Below, piece after piece: positions 20,367 to 27,857 of a stretch of DNA of 64,000 nt. A model generated the notes under the pieces. It was not told the origin of the DNA and did no database searches. It saw only the letters and a list, made by a program, of their open reading frames with translations. This DNA is from Candidatus Zambryskiibacteriota bacterium (lineage in GTDB: Bacteria > Patescibacteriota > Minisyncoccia > Phycocordibacterales > DATDWN01). Both the position numbers and the translations under genes were made by a program. Numbering within the stretch: the stretch's first letter is position 1; each line of letters starts with the position of its first letter. Location: contig JAPLZY010000008.1 of assembly GCA_026394775.1 (NCBI GenBank), positions 53,367 to 117,366 on the forward strand, given 5' to 3'.

Positions 20367-21275
20367 ATGACTATCGTTAAATACAGAATTATATTTTTTA
20401 TCCTTTCACTTCTTCTCATCGCAGGGTCTTTTGGGGTGATTGCAAAGTATGGTCTTAACTATGGTATTGATTTCAAAGGGGGATCAATTCTTGGGGTGAC
20501 CTATGTTGATGTAGAAGGTTCAGTAACCCCGACACTCACTGAAGTGAAAACTATTCTTGCTGACACAGGTCTTTCAAATACACTTGTATCTCCACGAGGG
20601 GACAAAGGATATGTGATCAAAATGAGAGAGCTTTCTTCTGAAGAAAAAAATGCAACTCTTCGAGCACTTACTTTAGCGGGTAGTAATCCTGTGACAGTAG
20701 AAAAGTTTAATGCTATTGGGCCAGTGGTGGGAGATGAGCTTCGTTCAAAAGCTTATGTTGCGATCGTTGTAGTGCTCTTCTGTATTATCCTCTTTATTCT
20801 TTTTGCATTCCGAAAAGTAAAGAATCCATTAAACTACGGTATTGCAACTATTGTCGCACTTGCTCATGATGTGATTATTCCAACAGGTATTTATGTACTC
20901 TGGTCACAACATACTGGAGCAGAGATTGACTTGCTGTTCGTATCAGCGCTCCTCGCTATCCTTGGATACTCTGTGCATGACACTATCGTGGTGTTTGACC
21001 GAGTGCGAGAAAATGCCCTAAAGAATGCTGGAGTAAAAAATGGTCTTTCATTTGAAGAGGTGGTAGGTAAATCGGTAACAGAAACAATGGCACGATCTAT
21101 CAACACGTCACTGACAACAGCGATCACACTTCTTGCATTGTATTTTGTTGGAGGTTCATCAACACAAAACTTCGCATTTATTCTCCTTATGGGAATTATT
21201 GTTGGAACATACTCATCTATCTTTATTGCGAGTCCACTTCTTGTGACTCTTGAAGGTTGGAGAAAGAAAAAATAG
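20367..21275 (+). CDS. secF: protein translocase subunit SecF
   Basis: YGLNYGIDFKGGSILGV... with a C-terminal TM bundle, immediately downstream of secD. Confidence 0.9.
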   Translation: MTIVKYRIIFFILSLLLIAGSFGVIAKYGLNYGIDFKGGSILGVTYVDVEGSVTPTLTEVKTILADTGLSNTLVSPRGDKGYVIKMRELSSEEKNATLRALTLAGSNPVTVEKFNAIGPVVGDELRSKAYVAIVVVLFCIILFILFAFRKVKNPLNYGIATIVALAHDVIIPTGIYVLWSQHTGAEIDLLFVSALLAILGYSVHDTIVVFDRVRENALKNAGVKNGLSFEEVVGKSVTETMARSINTSLTTAITLLALYFVGGSSTQNFAFILLMGIIVGTYSSIFIASPLLVTLEGWRKKK

Positions 21276-21302
21276 ACGTCCATATTTGGCCAATCTCATC
21301 GT

Positions 21303-21365
21303 CTAAAATATAAAAAATATTCTCCACCGTACAACGAGTACGTCTGCAAATATTTTTTATATTTT
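21303..21365. repeat. nested perfect palindrome (17-nt arms)
   Basis: aaaatataaaaaatatt ... aatattttttatatttt, with an inner palindrome cgtacaacgagtacg. Confidence 0.6.
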
Positions 21366-21378
21366 ATACGCGACCTTG
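21361..21378. repeat. left 18-bp inverted repeat of a GC-rich single-gene cassette
   Basis: attttatacgcgaccttg is the exact reverse complement of 21982-21999. Confidence 0.7.
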
Positions 21379-21416
21379 GCTCAAATCTGAACGTCTTAGA
21401 ATTCATATTTCAATAA

Positions 21417-21438
21417 AAACCGGGCAACCGGTTTTTTG
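21417..21438 (+). terminator. terminator of secDF
   Basis: aaaaccgg-gcaa-ccggtttttt. Confidence 0.7.
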
Positions 21439-21450
21439 GTAAATGAAATC

Positions 21451-21480
21451 CCCGCCGGTTGAGCCGGCGGGGAGGTTAGG
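21451..21480 (-). terminator. GC hairpin downstream of the minus-strand cassette gene
   Basis: ccccgccggttgagccggcgggg. Confidence 0.4.
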
Positions 21481-21484
21481 AAAC

Positions 21485-21880
21485 TTATTGCTTCGGTTCG
21501 CGTCTGCGAACTCCAAGCAAAACCAGTTGATCGGGAACTTCTTGTTTAGAGTTCATAAACGGTTTAACGACAAACCGTAGTGCGTCGATGAAATCGTCGA
21601 CACTGACTCCGAACATCCAATTCCCCCAGGCGATCTTGCCTTGTTCGATATGAATCTGGTCGATTGAATCCGACCCGCTCCATTTGAAGGCGATGATTCG
21701 CTCCAGGGCGAACAGTTGCTCTGGGGTAAGACGGTGGATGAGGAATTCTTCCGTCATCCTTGCCGCATTCCAGCTCATTGTCGCGAGGTTTGCGCTGTCT
21801 GTAAGACCGCACATCTGGCGCTCAAGACGAGCAAGCTCTTGTTCAGAGAACTTGCCGATAGGGAGGGTTTGATTTGTCAT
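21485..21880 (-). CDS. hypothetical protein (131 aa) encoded in a GC-rich (~52%) island
   Basis: Clean ORF whose GC content is ~12 points above its surroundings. It has a perfect own promoter and no recognisable family. Confidence 0.5.
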   Translation of the reverse strand: MTNQTLPIGKFSEQELARLERQMCGLTDSANLATMSWNAARMTEEFLIHRLTPEQLFALERIIAFKWSGSDSIDQIHIEQGKIAWGNWMFGVSVDDFIDALRFVVKPFMNSKQEVPDQLVLLGVRRREPKQ

Positions 21881-21893
21881 ATGTTCTGTTTAT

Positions 21894-21922
21894 ACTATAC
21901 ACCCTATTAGTATACTTGTCAA
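21894..21922 (-). promoter_or_regulatory. promoter TTGACA-17-TATAGT on the minus strand driving the cassette gene
   Basis: Reverse complement reads cTTGACAagtatactaatagggtgTATAGTataaacagaacATG. Confidence 0.6.
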
Positions 21923-21981
21923 GTAGTTTTGAACCAAAAAACAAGGCTTTTAAATATAAAGAATCTCGGAGAATTTTTGGA

Positions 21982-21999
21982 CAAGGTCGCGTATAAAAT
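21982..21999. repeat. right 18-bp inverted repeat of the cassette
   Basis: caaggtcgcgtataaaat. Confidence 0.7.
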
Positions 22000-22117
22000 C
22001 GGCAAAAGGAACGGAGGCGTAGTTAGCGCTACGGTGAGTACCTTTTGCCGATTTTAGGCGATGAAATTGTGCCAAAAAGGCCCGAGCTGTAGCCATAAAA
22101 ACCACTTTCTACCACGC

Positions 22118-22145
22118 TTGACTTAGTTGGGAATATGACTATACT
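22118..22145 (+). promoter_or_regulatory. 16S rRNA promoter TTGACT-16-TATACT
   Basis: About 300 nt upstream of the 16S 5' end. Confidence 0.5.
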
Positions 22146-22393
22146 GTATGGGTGCTTAAAAAAGCACGAGTTCGTTGACATTTCAATATTGAATTAAGAA
22201 GACAGGTGGTATTTTTGCTTAGGCAGAGGTGCCACCATTGAAGAGAATGCAAGTTCTCAAATTTCTTTTAATTTCCGGATAGTAGTAACTTTCAAACTAC
22301 GATCTATACAATTCATCAATTTACAAGCAGCGCTTCCTGAGCTGTCAAAGAACAAACCAGGAATAAAAAATAAGATATCAGTTAGCAATAATT

Positions 22394-22420
22394 AGTATTC
22401 TATATTTTGTTCCGTTCTAT
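22394..22420 (+). promoter_or_regulatory. 5' strand of the 16S processing stem
   Basis: agtattctatattttgttccgttctat is complementary to 25506-25531 (tagaacggaacaaaatatagaata). Confidence 0.6.
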
Positions 22421-22744
22421 ATAAAATTTGCTTTTGCAATTTTTACCAAGAGTTTGATCCTAGCTCAGGATGAACGCTGGCGGCGTGGATAAGGCATGCA
22501 AGTCGAGCGCCTCGCAAGAGGAGCGGCGAACGAGGTAGTAACACGTTGGTACACACCCTTTAGTCAGGAATAACTAGTCGAAAGATTAGCTAATACTTGA
22601 TAGTCTCTTCGGAGTAAAGATTTATCGCTAAAGGAGTGGCCTGCGGAGTATCAGCTAGTTGGTAAGGTAATGGCTTACCAAGGCTATGACGCTTAGAGGA
22701 CCTGAGAGGGTGACCCTCACCGATGGTACTGAGACACGGACCAT

Positions 22745-22775
<31 letters not shown>

Positions 22776-22904
22776 CCGCAATGGGCGAAAGCCTGACGGA
22801 GCGACGCCGCGTGATTGATGAAGTCCCTCTGGGATGTAAAGATCTTTTATGAGGGAGAAAGTTTATTGATAGTACCTCATGAATAAGGGGTTGCTAAACT
22901 CGTG

Positions 22905-23838
22905 AGAGGCAGATTAAGCATCTGCAATCCTAATTTAGTAACAGCATTAAAAATTCGTATTTACCGTGCGCGACTTTGAACCGTAAGGTTCTTAGCAAAT
23001 TCGGCTTATATGCTGGGACTCTGTACAGAGCTGCGTTCAACACATGTTGAATTCTCTACAGACAATCAGCAGGGAAGTCGGATATAATAAAGGTAATGTC
23101 TTTATCGCAAATTCAACAATATATTCTCACAGGGCTTTTGCTTGGAGATGGTTGTCTTGAACGAAAGTCCAAGAACAGCCGACTCCAGGTCAAACAGTCA
23201 GTAGGTAAGAAAGAATATGTATTCTGGTTATATAATTATTTTTCTGAATTCGTAAAAACTCCTCCCCAACAAAGGAAGGATACAAATCAGTGGTATTTTG
23301 CCACTCGATCTTTATCTCAATTTGAAGAATGGAATGCGGTGTTTTACAAAAACAGAAAGAAAATTGTTCCAGAAAATATATCAGAGTTATTGGCTTCGCC
23401 GATAACACTTGCCGTATGGATGATGGAACTCTCGATTATCGAGAGAAATCACATTATTCATTTACCTATAGTACTGACTCGTTTAGTGTAGAAGAGGTTT
23501 CTCTTCTACAGGATGCTTTGTTAGAAAACTTTGGGATAGAATCATCGATTCAAACTCCAAAGTCGCGAGGAAAAAAATATACAAAATTGTATATTGGAAA
23601 AAATGGGCGAGAGCGATTTATAAAAATCATTCAGCCTCACATCCTCGATTGTTTTCCGTATAAAGTGCCTCCAATTATATCTTGACCCCTCAGAGACTGA
23701 TCCTGCGGACATATTAATGTATGTCTTGAGGGTGAGATAGAGAGATTTTTTTAAATCTTCTATCAGACGCCGAACCCCATTTTTTATAGAATGGGTGATG
23801 ATATAGTCCAATCCTCGTAGTGATATGAGAACAACTGG
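22905..23838 (+). mobile_element. group I intron in the 16S 530-loop region (near E. coli 516-518) with a decayed HEG
   Basis: Exon ...gctaaactcgtg|...|ccagcagcagcggtaatac. R-like ccctcagagactgatcc and S-like ggtgatgatatagtcc are present. Confidence 0.75.
23096..23685 (+). pseudogene. frameshifted double-motif LAGLIDADG homing endonuclease
   Basis: Motif 1 LTGLLLGDGCL lies in one frame and motif 2 ...LAVWMM/MDDGTLDYREK continues in the -1 frame. The break is at about 23415-23430, within the direct repeat tggatgatgga. Confidence 0.65.
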
Positions 23839-24471
23839 CCAGCAGCAGCGGTAATACGAGTGCCCCAAGCGTTATCCGGAATTATTGGGCGTAAAGGGTG
23901 TGTAGGTGGTAGTGTTAGTCTTTTGTAAAATCTCCAGGCTTAACCTGGAAACCGCGAAAGAAACGGCACAACTAGAGGGTGCGAGGGATGTATGGAACTC
24001 ATGGAGTAGGGGTGAAATCCGTTGATATCATGGGGAACACCAAAAGCGAAGGCAATACATTGGCGCATTCCTGACACTGAAACACGAAAGCGTGGGTAGC
24101 GAATGGGATTAGATACCCCAGTAGTCCACGCCCTAAACGATCTTCTCTAGCTTTTCGGAGTATCGACCCTCTGAGAGGCGAAGCTAACGCGTTAAGAGAA
24201 GCGCCTGGGTAGTACGACCGCAAGGTTAAAACTCAAAGGAATAGACGGGGACTTGCACAAGCAGAGGATTATGTGGTTTAATTCGACGATAAACGAAGAA
24301 TCTTACCAAGGTTTGAAACCTAGCTGAATATATTTGGAAACAGATATAGTCTCACAAGGACAGTTAGGCAGGTGATGCATGGCCGTCGTCAGTTCGTGAT
24401 TTGAATTGTTCCCTTAAGTGGGGTAACGAACGCAACCCTCGTTGTCTGTTACAAGTGTCAGGCGAGACTGC

Positions 24472-24612
24472 TCAGCTCTTTGCGTAGAAAAGCAAAGAGG
24501 ACATAAAACAGAAACGAGATGAAACGATAACTATAAATAATAAGTAGAAAGTAAAAGAAGGAAGTGATTCGGGACGTCCCGTTTCTGTTAGCTTTTGTAA
24601 ATAAAGAGCTGA
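24472..24612 (+). other. ~130-nt expansion of 16S helix 40
   Basis: gactgctcagctcttt...aaagagctgag-aggaaggtg replaces the E. coli CCAGTGATAAACTGG hairpin. Confidence 0.5.
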
Positions 24613-24837
24613 GAGGAAGGTGAGGATGACGCCAGGTCAGCATGTCCCTCTGATACCTTGGGCTACACACATAATACAATGGTCACTACAACGCGTCGCG
24701 ACGGGGAAACCCTGAGCCAATCGTAATAAAAGTGGCCCCAGTTCGGATTGAGGGCTGAAACTCGACCTCATGAAGTTGGATTTGCTAGTAATCGCGGGTC
24801 AGACATACCGCGGTGAATACGTTCTCAAGTCTTGTAC

Positions 24838-25257
24838 TCAAAATTAAAAGCGCCGGGCAGGTAATAAATCTAGTTGGTTAAAATCCAACCTTGAAAAAGT
24901 AGCGAAAGGGTAATCTGCTGACCGTGAGGTTGGCAGGTGAAGGATCCTAGTAGCAAAAAGCAGCCTATTTATAAAAAGAGAGGTACGACCCATCAGGTGA
25001 GTCATGGGGAAGTATCAACAAAATTAAGTTTTTGGTCTCAAGTAGGATGCAAGGAACAGAGTTATTACTGACCCCTGGGAGATCTCATGGTGTAAAAGAC
25101 AATGAATAAGTACCTTGAGAAGTCAGCTGCGTCGTAGTAGTTTCGATCTAGTATCGGAATGAAGGACAAAATCGTTAGTTTTTGAAACTAACGAACTCGC
25201 GTAGTGCGGGAAATCCGCACGCTACGTGGGAACGCGAAATATTGTTAAATTATCGCC
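24838..25257 (+). mobile_element. ~420-nt intron-like insertion in 16S adjacent to the decoding-centre sequence (TTGTAC|...|CCGCCCGTCA), ORF-less, class uncertain
   Basis: The exons align to E. coli 1385-1405 with the insert between them. R/S-like gacccctgggagatc and cgatctagtatcgg are only loosely canonical. Confidence 0.55.
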
Positions 25258-25505
25258 ATCCGCCCGTCAACTCAAGGGAGATGGGAATACCCGAAGCCTC
25301 ACGTATGTGAGTTCACGGTAAGTTCATCGACAGGGAGTAAGTCGTAACAAGGCACGGCTAGCGGAAGCTGGTCGTGGATTAATTCAATTTGAAACCTATT
25401 TCGCTTTGCGAAATATTAAGGTGTCGATATTGGAGATCTCGATCGAGTCTCTAATGGACTATGACTGTAGTCTTAAAAACAGTATGACACCAGAGAAAGA
25501 TCTGG

Positions 25506-25531
25506 TAGAACGGAACAAAATATAGAATAGT
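25506..25531 (+). promoter_or_regulatory. 3' strand of the 16S processing stem
   Basis: Complementary to 22394-22420. Confidence 0.6.
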
Positions 25532-25542
25532 ATTTTTAGAAA

Positions 25543-25568
25543 AAACGCCCATAACAAGGCGTTTTTTC
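25543..25568 (+). terminator. terminator after 16S
   Basis: aaaacgcc-cataacaa-ggcgtttttt. Confidence 0.7.
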
Positions 25569-25584
25569 TATGTAAAAACAAAGC

Positions 25585-25614
25585 TTGACTTATAGAAGTC
25601 ATGCGTTGTATAAT
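25585..25614 (+). promoter_or_regulatory. promoter TTGACT-18-TATAAT
   Basis: Upstream of a small ORF and the tRNA-Ile locus. Confidence 0.45.
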
Positions 25615-25622
25615 ATTTTCAG

Positions 25623-25865
25623 ATGAGATACCAAAAAACAATCACATGTTTGTTTATGGTTTTGGCAATCGGTCTGCTTTGCGGTATCAAGCCTGATCAG
25701 ACGGCGTTGTCATCGGTCCTGCACGTAGCAGGGATTGTCGTGTGTATTGTGGTGCTTTTCTTCAATGATGTGCTTCCTGATCTTCAGGGGGCAAAAAAAG
25801 AAGAGTGGGAGATGCGCCACCCTGCCTCAAATAATCCTTCGCGTCACCTTGTCGTGCGGAGGTAA
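25623..25865 (+). CDS. possible small membrane protein (80 aa)
   Basis: ATG sits 9 nt after the -10 box. Two hydrophobic helices are predicted. Could be spurious. Confidence 0.3.
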   Translation: MRYQKTITCLFMVLAIGLLCGIKPDQTALSSVLHVAGIVVCIVVLFFNDVLPDLQGAKKEEWEMRHPASNNPSRHLVVRR

Positions 25866-25993
25866 AATTTTGGAAGACCGCCGAGTCTTCCAACAAAGCC
25901 GGTATGCCCTGCGGGATCCGGCTTTTGTCTTGTAAAAATGACCTTTTTCTGATATATTTTTGTGGTTATTGTTTTAGAAATTGTGTTAAAAGT

Positions 25994-26017
25994 GCGCGTG
26001 TAGCTCAGCTGGTGGAG
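25994..26017 (+). pseudogene. 5' fragment of tRNA-Ile (acceptor and D arm), identical to nt 1-20 of the intact gene
   Basis: gcgcgtgtagctcagctggtGgag followed immediately by the 31-nt module tgaggttgggtagggacccaaccgcaagacc. Confidence 0.5.
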
Positions 26018-26177
26018 TGAGGTTGGGTAGGGACCCAACCGCAAGACCGGAGGCCGACGGGCCGAGGTGGGGTCGCGAGCAAAGTCAGTAGACTTTGACA
26101 TGTGGCATCGACTGACCTCTTGCAGAGGCTGTATACCTTTTGGATCTTTTTCAAAAAATAATAATAATTGATTCTGT

Positions 26178-26250
26178 GCGCGTGTAGCTCAGCTGGTAGA
26201 GCAATCGACTGATACTCGGTAGGTCCCAAGTTCGACCCTTGGCACGCGCA
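26178..26250 (+). tRNA. tRNA-Ile (anticodon GAT)
   Basis: Manual fold gives a 7-bp acceptor gcgcgtg/cacgcgc, D stem gctc/gagc, anticodon stem atcga/tcggt, loop ctGATac, T stem ccaag/cttgg, T loop ttcgacc and discriminator A. No CCA is encoded. Confidence 0.8.
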
Positions 26251-26329
26251 CAAAGTCTGGAATTATTATTTTTTTAAAAAATCTCAAAAAGTCTTGTGAA
26301 ATGAAGTCAGTCACTTTTACTCGGTAGGC

Positions 26330-26449
26330 TGAGGTTGGGGAGGGACCCAACCGAAGAACCTTTTGAGGTTTTTTATGAGTTTGCGAAATAAAAAATCCAA
26401 AAGGTATACTGCGCCTGTAGGGCGACATGTCGACCCTTGGCACGCGCAC
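26330..26449 (+). pseudogene. 3' fragments of tRNA-Ile (actcggtagg, then a 100-nt insert, then tcgacccttggcacgcgca)
   Basis: 26430-26449 is identical to the last 20 nt of the intact tRNA. A second copy of the 31-nt module lies at 26330-26360. Confidence 0.5.
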
Positions 26450-26549
26450 AAAATTCGGTATATACAAACAAAAGATTTCAGATTGCTTCAGAAATCAATA
26501 GATTGCATTATTTCTAGTTTGTGTTTATATAATAGATGGGAGGTGCCAA

Positions 26550-26732
26550 ATGTTTGCACCAGTTCCTCGATTCAACATCATTCGGAAAGTAAAAAATACC
26601 TACTTTTCCTGGTTTTCACCGCTCGAGGTTAGTGTGGGAGTAGTAATACTTCTCGTGCTCGCCTACTATGCAGTGTTACTTTTGGGACCCTGGCTCGCTG
26701 CCTTTGATCCCTCCACCTGGAAGCATGTCTAA
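26550..26732 (+). CDS. small membrane protein (60 aa)
   Basis: GGGAGG lies 7 nt upstream of the ATG. One TM helix VSVGVVILLVLAYYAVLLLGPWLAA. Confidence 0.35.
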   Translation: MFAPVPRFNIIRKVKNTYFSWFSPLEVSVGVVILLVLAYYAVLLLGPWLAAFDPSTWKHV

Positions 26733-26813
26733 ACCTTTTCAGAGGCGCCGTAGCGATACGGCGCTTTTCGCTTCCTTGCCACAAGAGCATCTAGGGTATA
26801 GGATAAAAGCTAT

Positions 26814-27455
26814 ATGAAAAAAACATTTAGTGTTGTTGAGGTTTTAAAAAGTGCTTGGCAGTTATTTTTAATACACAAGAAGTTCTATATTAAGACGGTT
26901 TTGATATATGGACTTATTGCGGTTGCGGCCGACCTGCTTTCAGGTGATAAGTCGATGCGACTTGTTGATACTATCCTCGGACTCGTGAGCACTATATCTT
27001 CATGGTATGGAACTTTTATCTTAATAAAGGCCTCTTTGTCTCTTACGCAAAACAAACCCATCCCGACAGACGTTTCCAGTCTTAGTTTGATGTCTGCTGT
27101 ATATCTTGTGCTCGCATCTATTCTAGTTGCGTGTGGTGTATTTTTGGGACTCATTTTATTTATTGTCCCAGGTCTTATCTTTGCGGTACGAAGTTCTCTT
27201 GCTCAGTACATCATCATTGATCAAAATGAAAAAGTGATCCCTGCAATCAAAAAAAGTATGGCGCTGACAAAAGGGTATTTTTGGAGTTTTGCTCGACTGA
27301 TTCTTTGTATTTGTGTTCTCGGTCTTCTTTCTATGTTTCCACTATTTGGACTCGGCTTCATTGTTCTTATTCCCGTATCAACGATAGCAATGTCTTTGGT
27401 GTATCGAAAGATAAGTAAAATGAACGAGGGATCTTTAGAACAAGTTATTGTATAA
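26814..27455 (+). CDS. integral membrane protein (hypothetical)
   Basis: 213 aa with 5-6 TM helices. Confidence 0.5.
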   Translation: MKKTFSVVEVLKSAWQLFLIHKKFYIKTVLIYGLIAVAADLLSGDKSMRLVDTILGLVSTISSWYGTFILIKASLSLTQNKPIPTDVSSLSLMSAVYLVLASILVACGVFLGLILFIVPGLIFAVRSSLAQYIIIDQNEKVIPAIKKSMALTKGYFWSFARLILCICVLGLLSMFPLFGLGFIVLIPVSTIAMSLVYRKISKMNEGSLEQVIV

Positions 27456-27482
27456 ATTTAAGTTGTGTGCTTTAATATTTTA

Positions 27483-27572
27483 ATGGATCTCGGGAAAATT
27501 ACGAAAGGCCTCCTTGTTGGGGCAAGTGTACTTTCTTGTGTCACGGCTTTCGCCTTGATACTCACCAGATAA
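27483..27572 (+). CDS. possible 29-aa single-TM micropeptide
   Basis: MDLGKITKGLLVGASVLSCVTAFALILTR followed directly by a strong terminator. Below the ORF-track size cutoff. Confidence 0.2.
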   Translation: MDLGKITKGLLVGASVLSCVTAFALILTR

Positions 27573-27576
27573 CCCA

Positions 27577-27604
27577 AGGGGTGCCCGCGAGGGCACCCTT
27601 TTTG
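27577..27604 (+). terminator. rho-independent terminator
   Basis: gggtgccc-gcg-agggcaccc followed by TTTTT. Confidence 0.7.
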
Positions 27605-27857
27605 CCGGAAGATGTTGTATACTTTACATATGATACACGCTGTCACATTGCTCGTATTAGTCTTTGGTGAGTCGGGTGCCTTGTTTTATGGCGTCTGGTC
27701 TCTCACCAAAGGCAACTGTTAACTAACCCAGGCGCCTCAACAGAGGCGCCTGTACTTTAATACACCTACTCGCATTTTTCTTCTTTTTCCTGTACAATAC
27801 CGTCTTGTGGATTAGAGTCCTCAAACATTATTTACCGTTTAATTAATAAGTTTCAGT

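Noticed and set aside
22173-22200. A second 16S promoter at cgTTGACAtttcaatattgaattaag
   Set aside because: There is no acceptable -10 hexamer at 16-18 nt spacing.
23190-26632. ORFs overlapping the 16S gene, its introns and the tRNA locus (23190-23408-, 23542-23868-, 23999-24223-, 24458-24679-, 25459-25641-, 25735-26467 various)
   Set aside because: They are antisense or out-of-frame to the HEG, or lie within rRNA/tRNA sequence. No coding signal.
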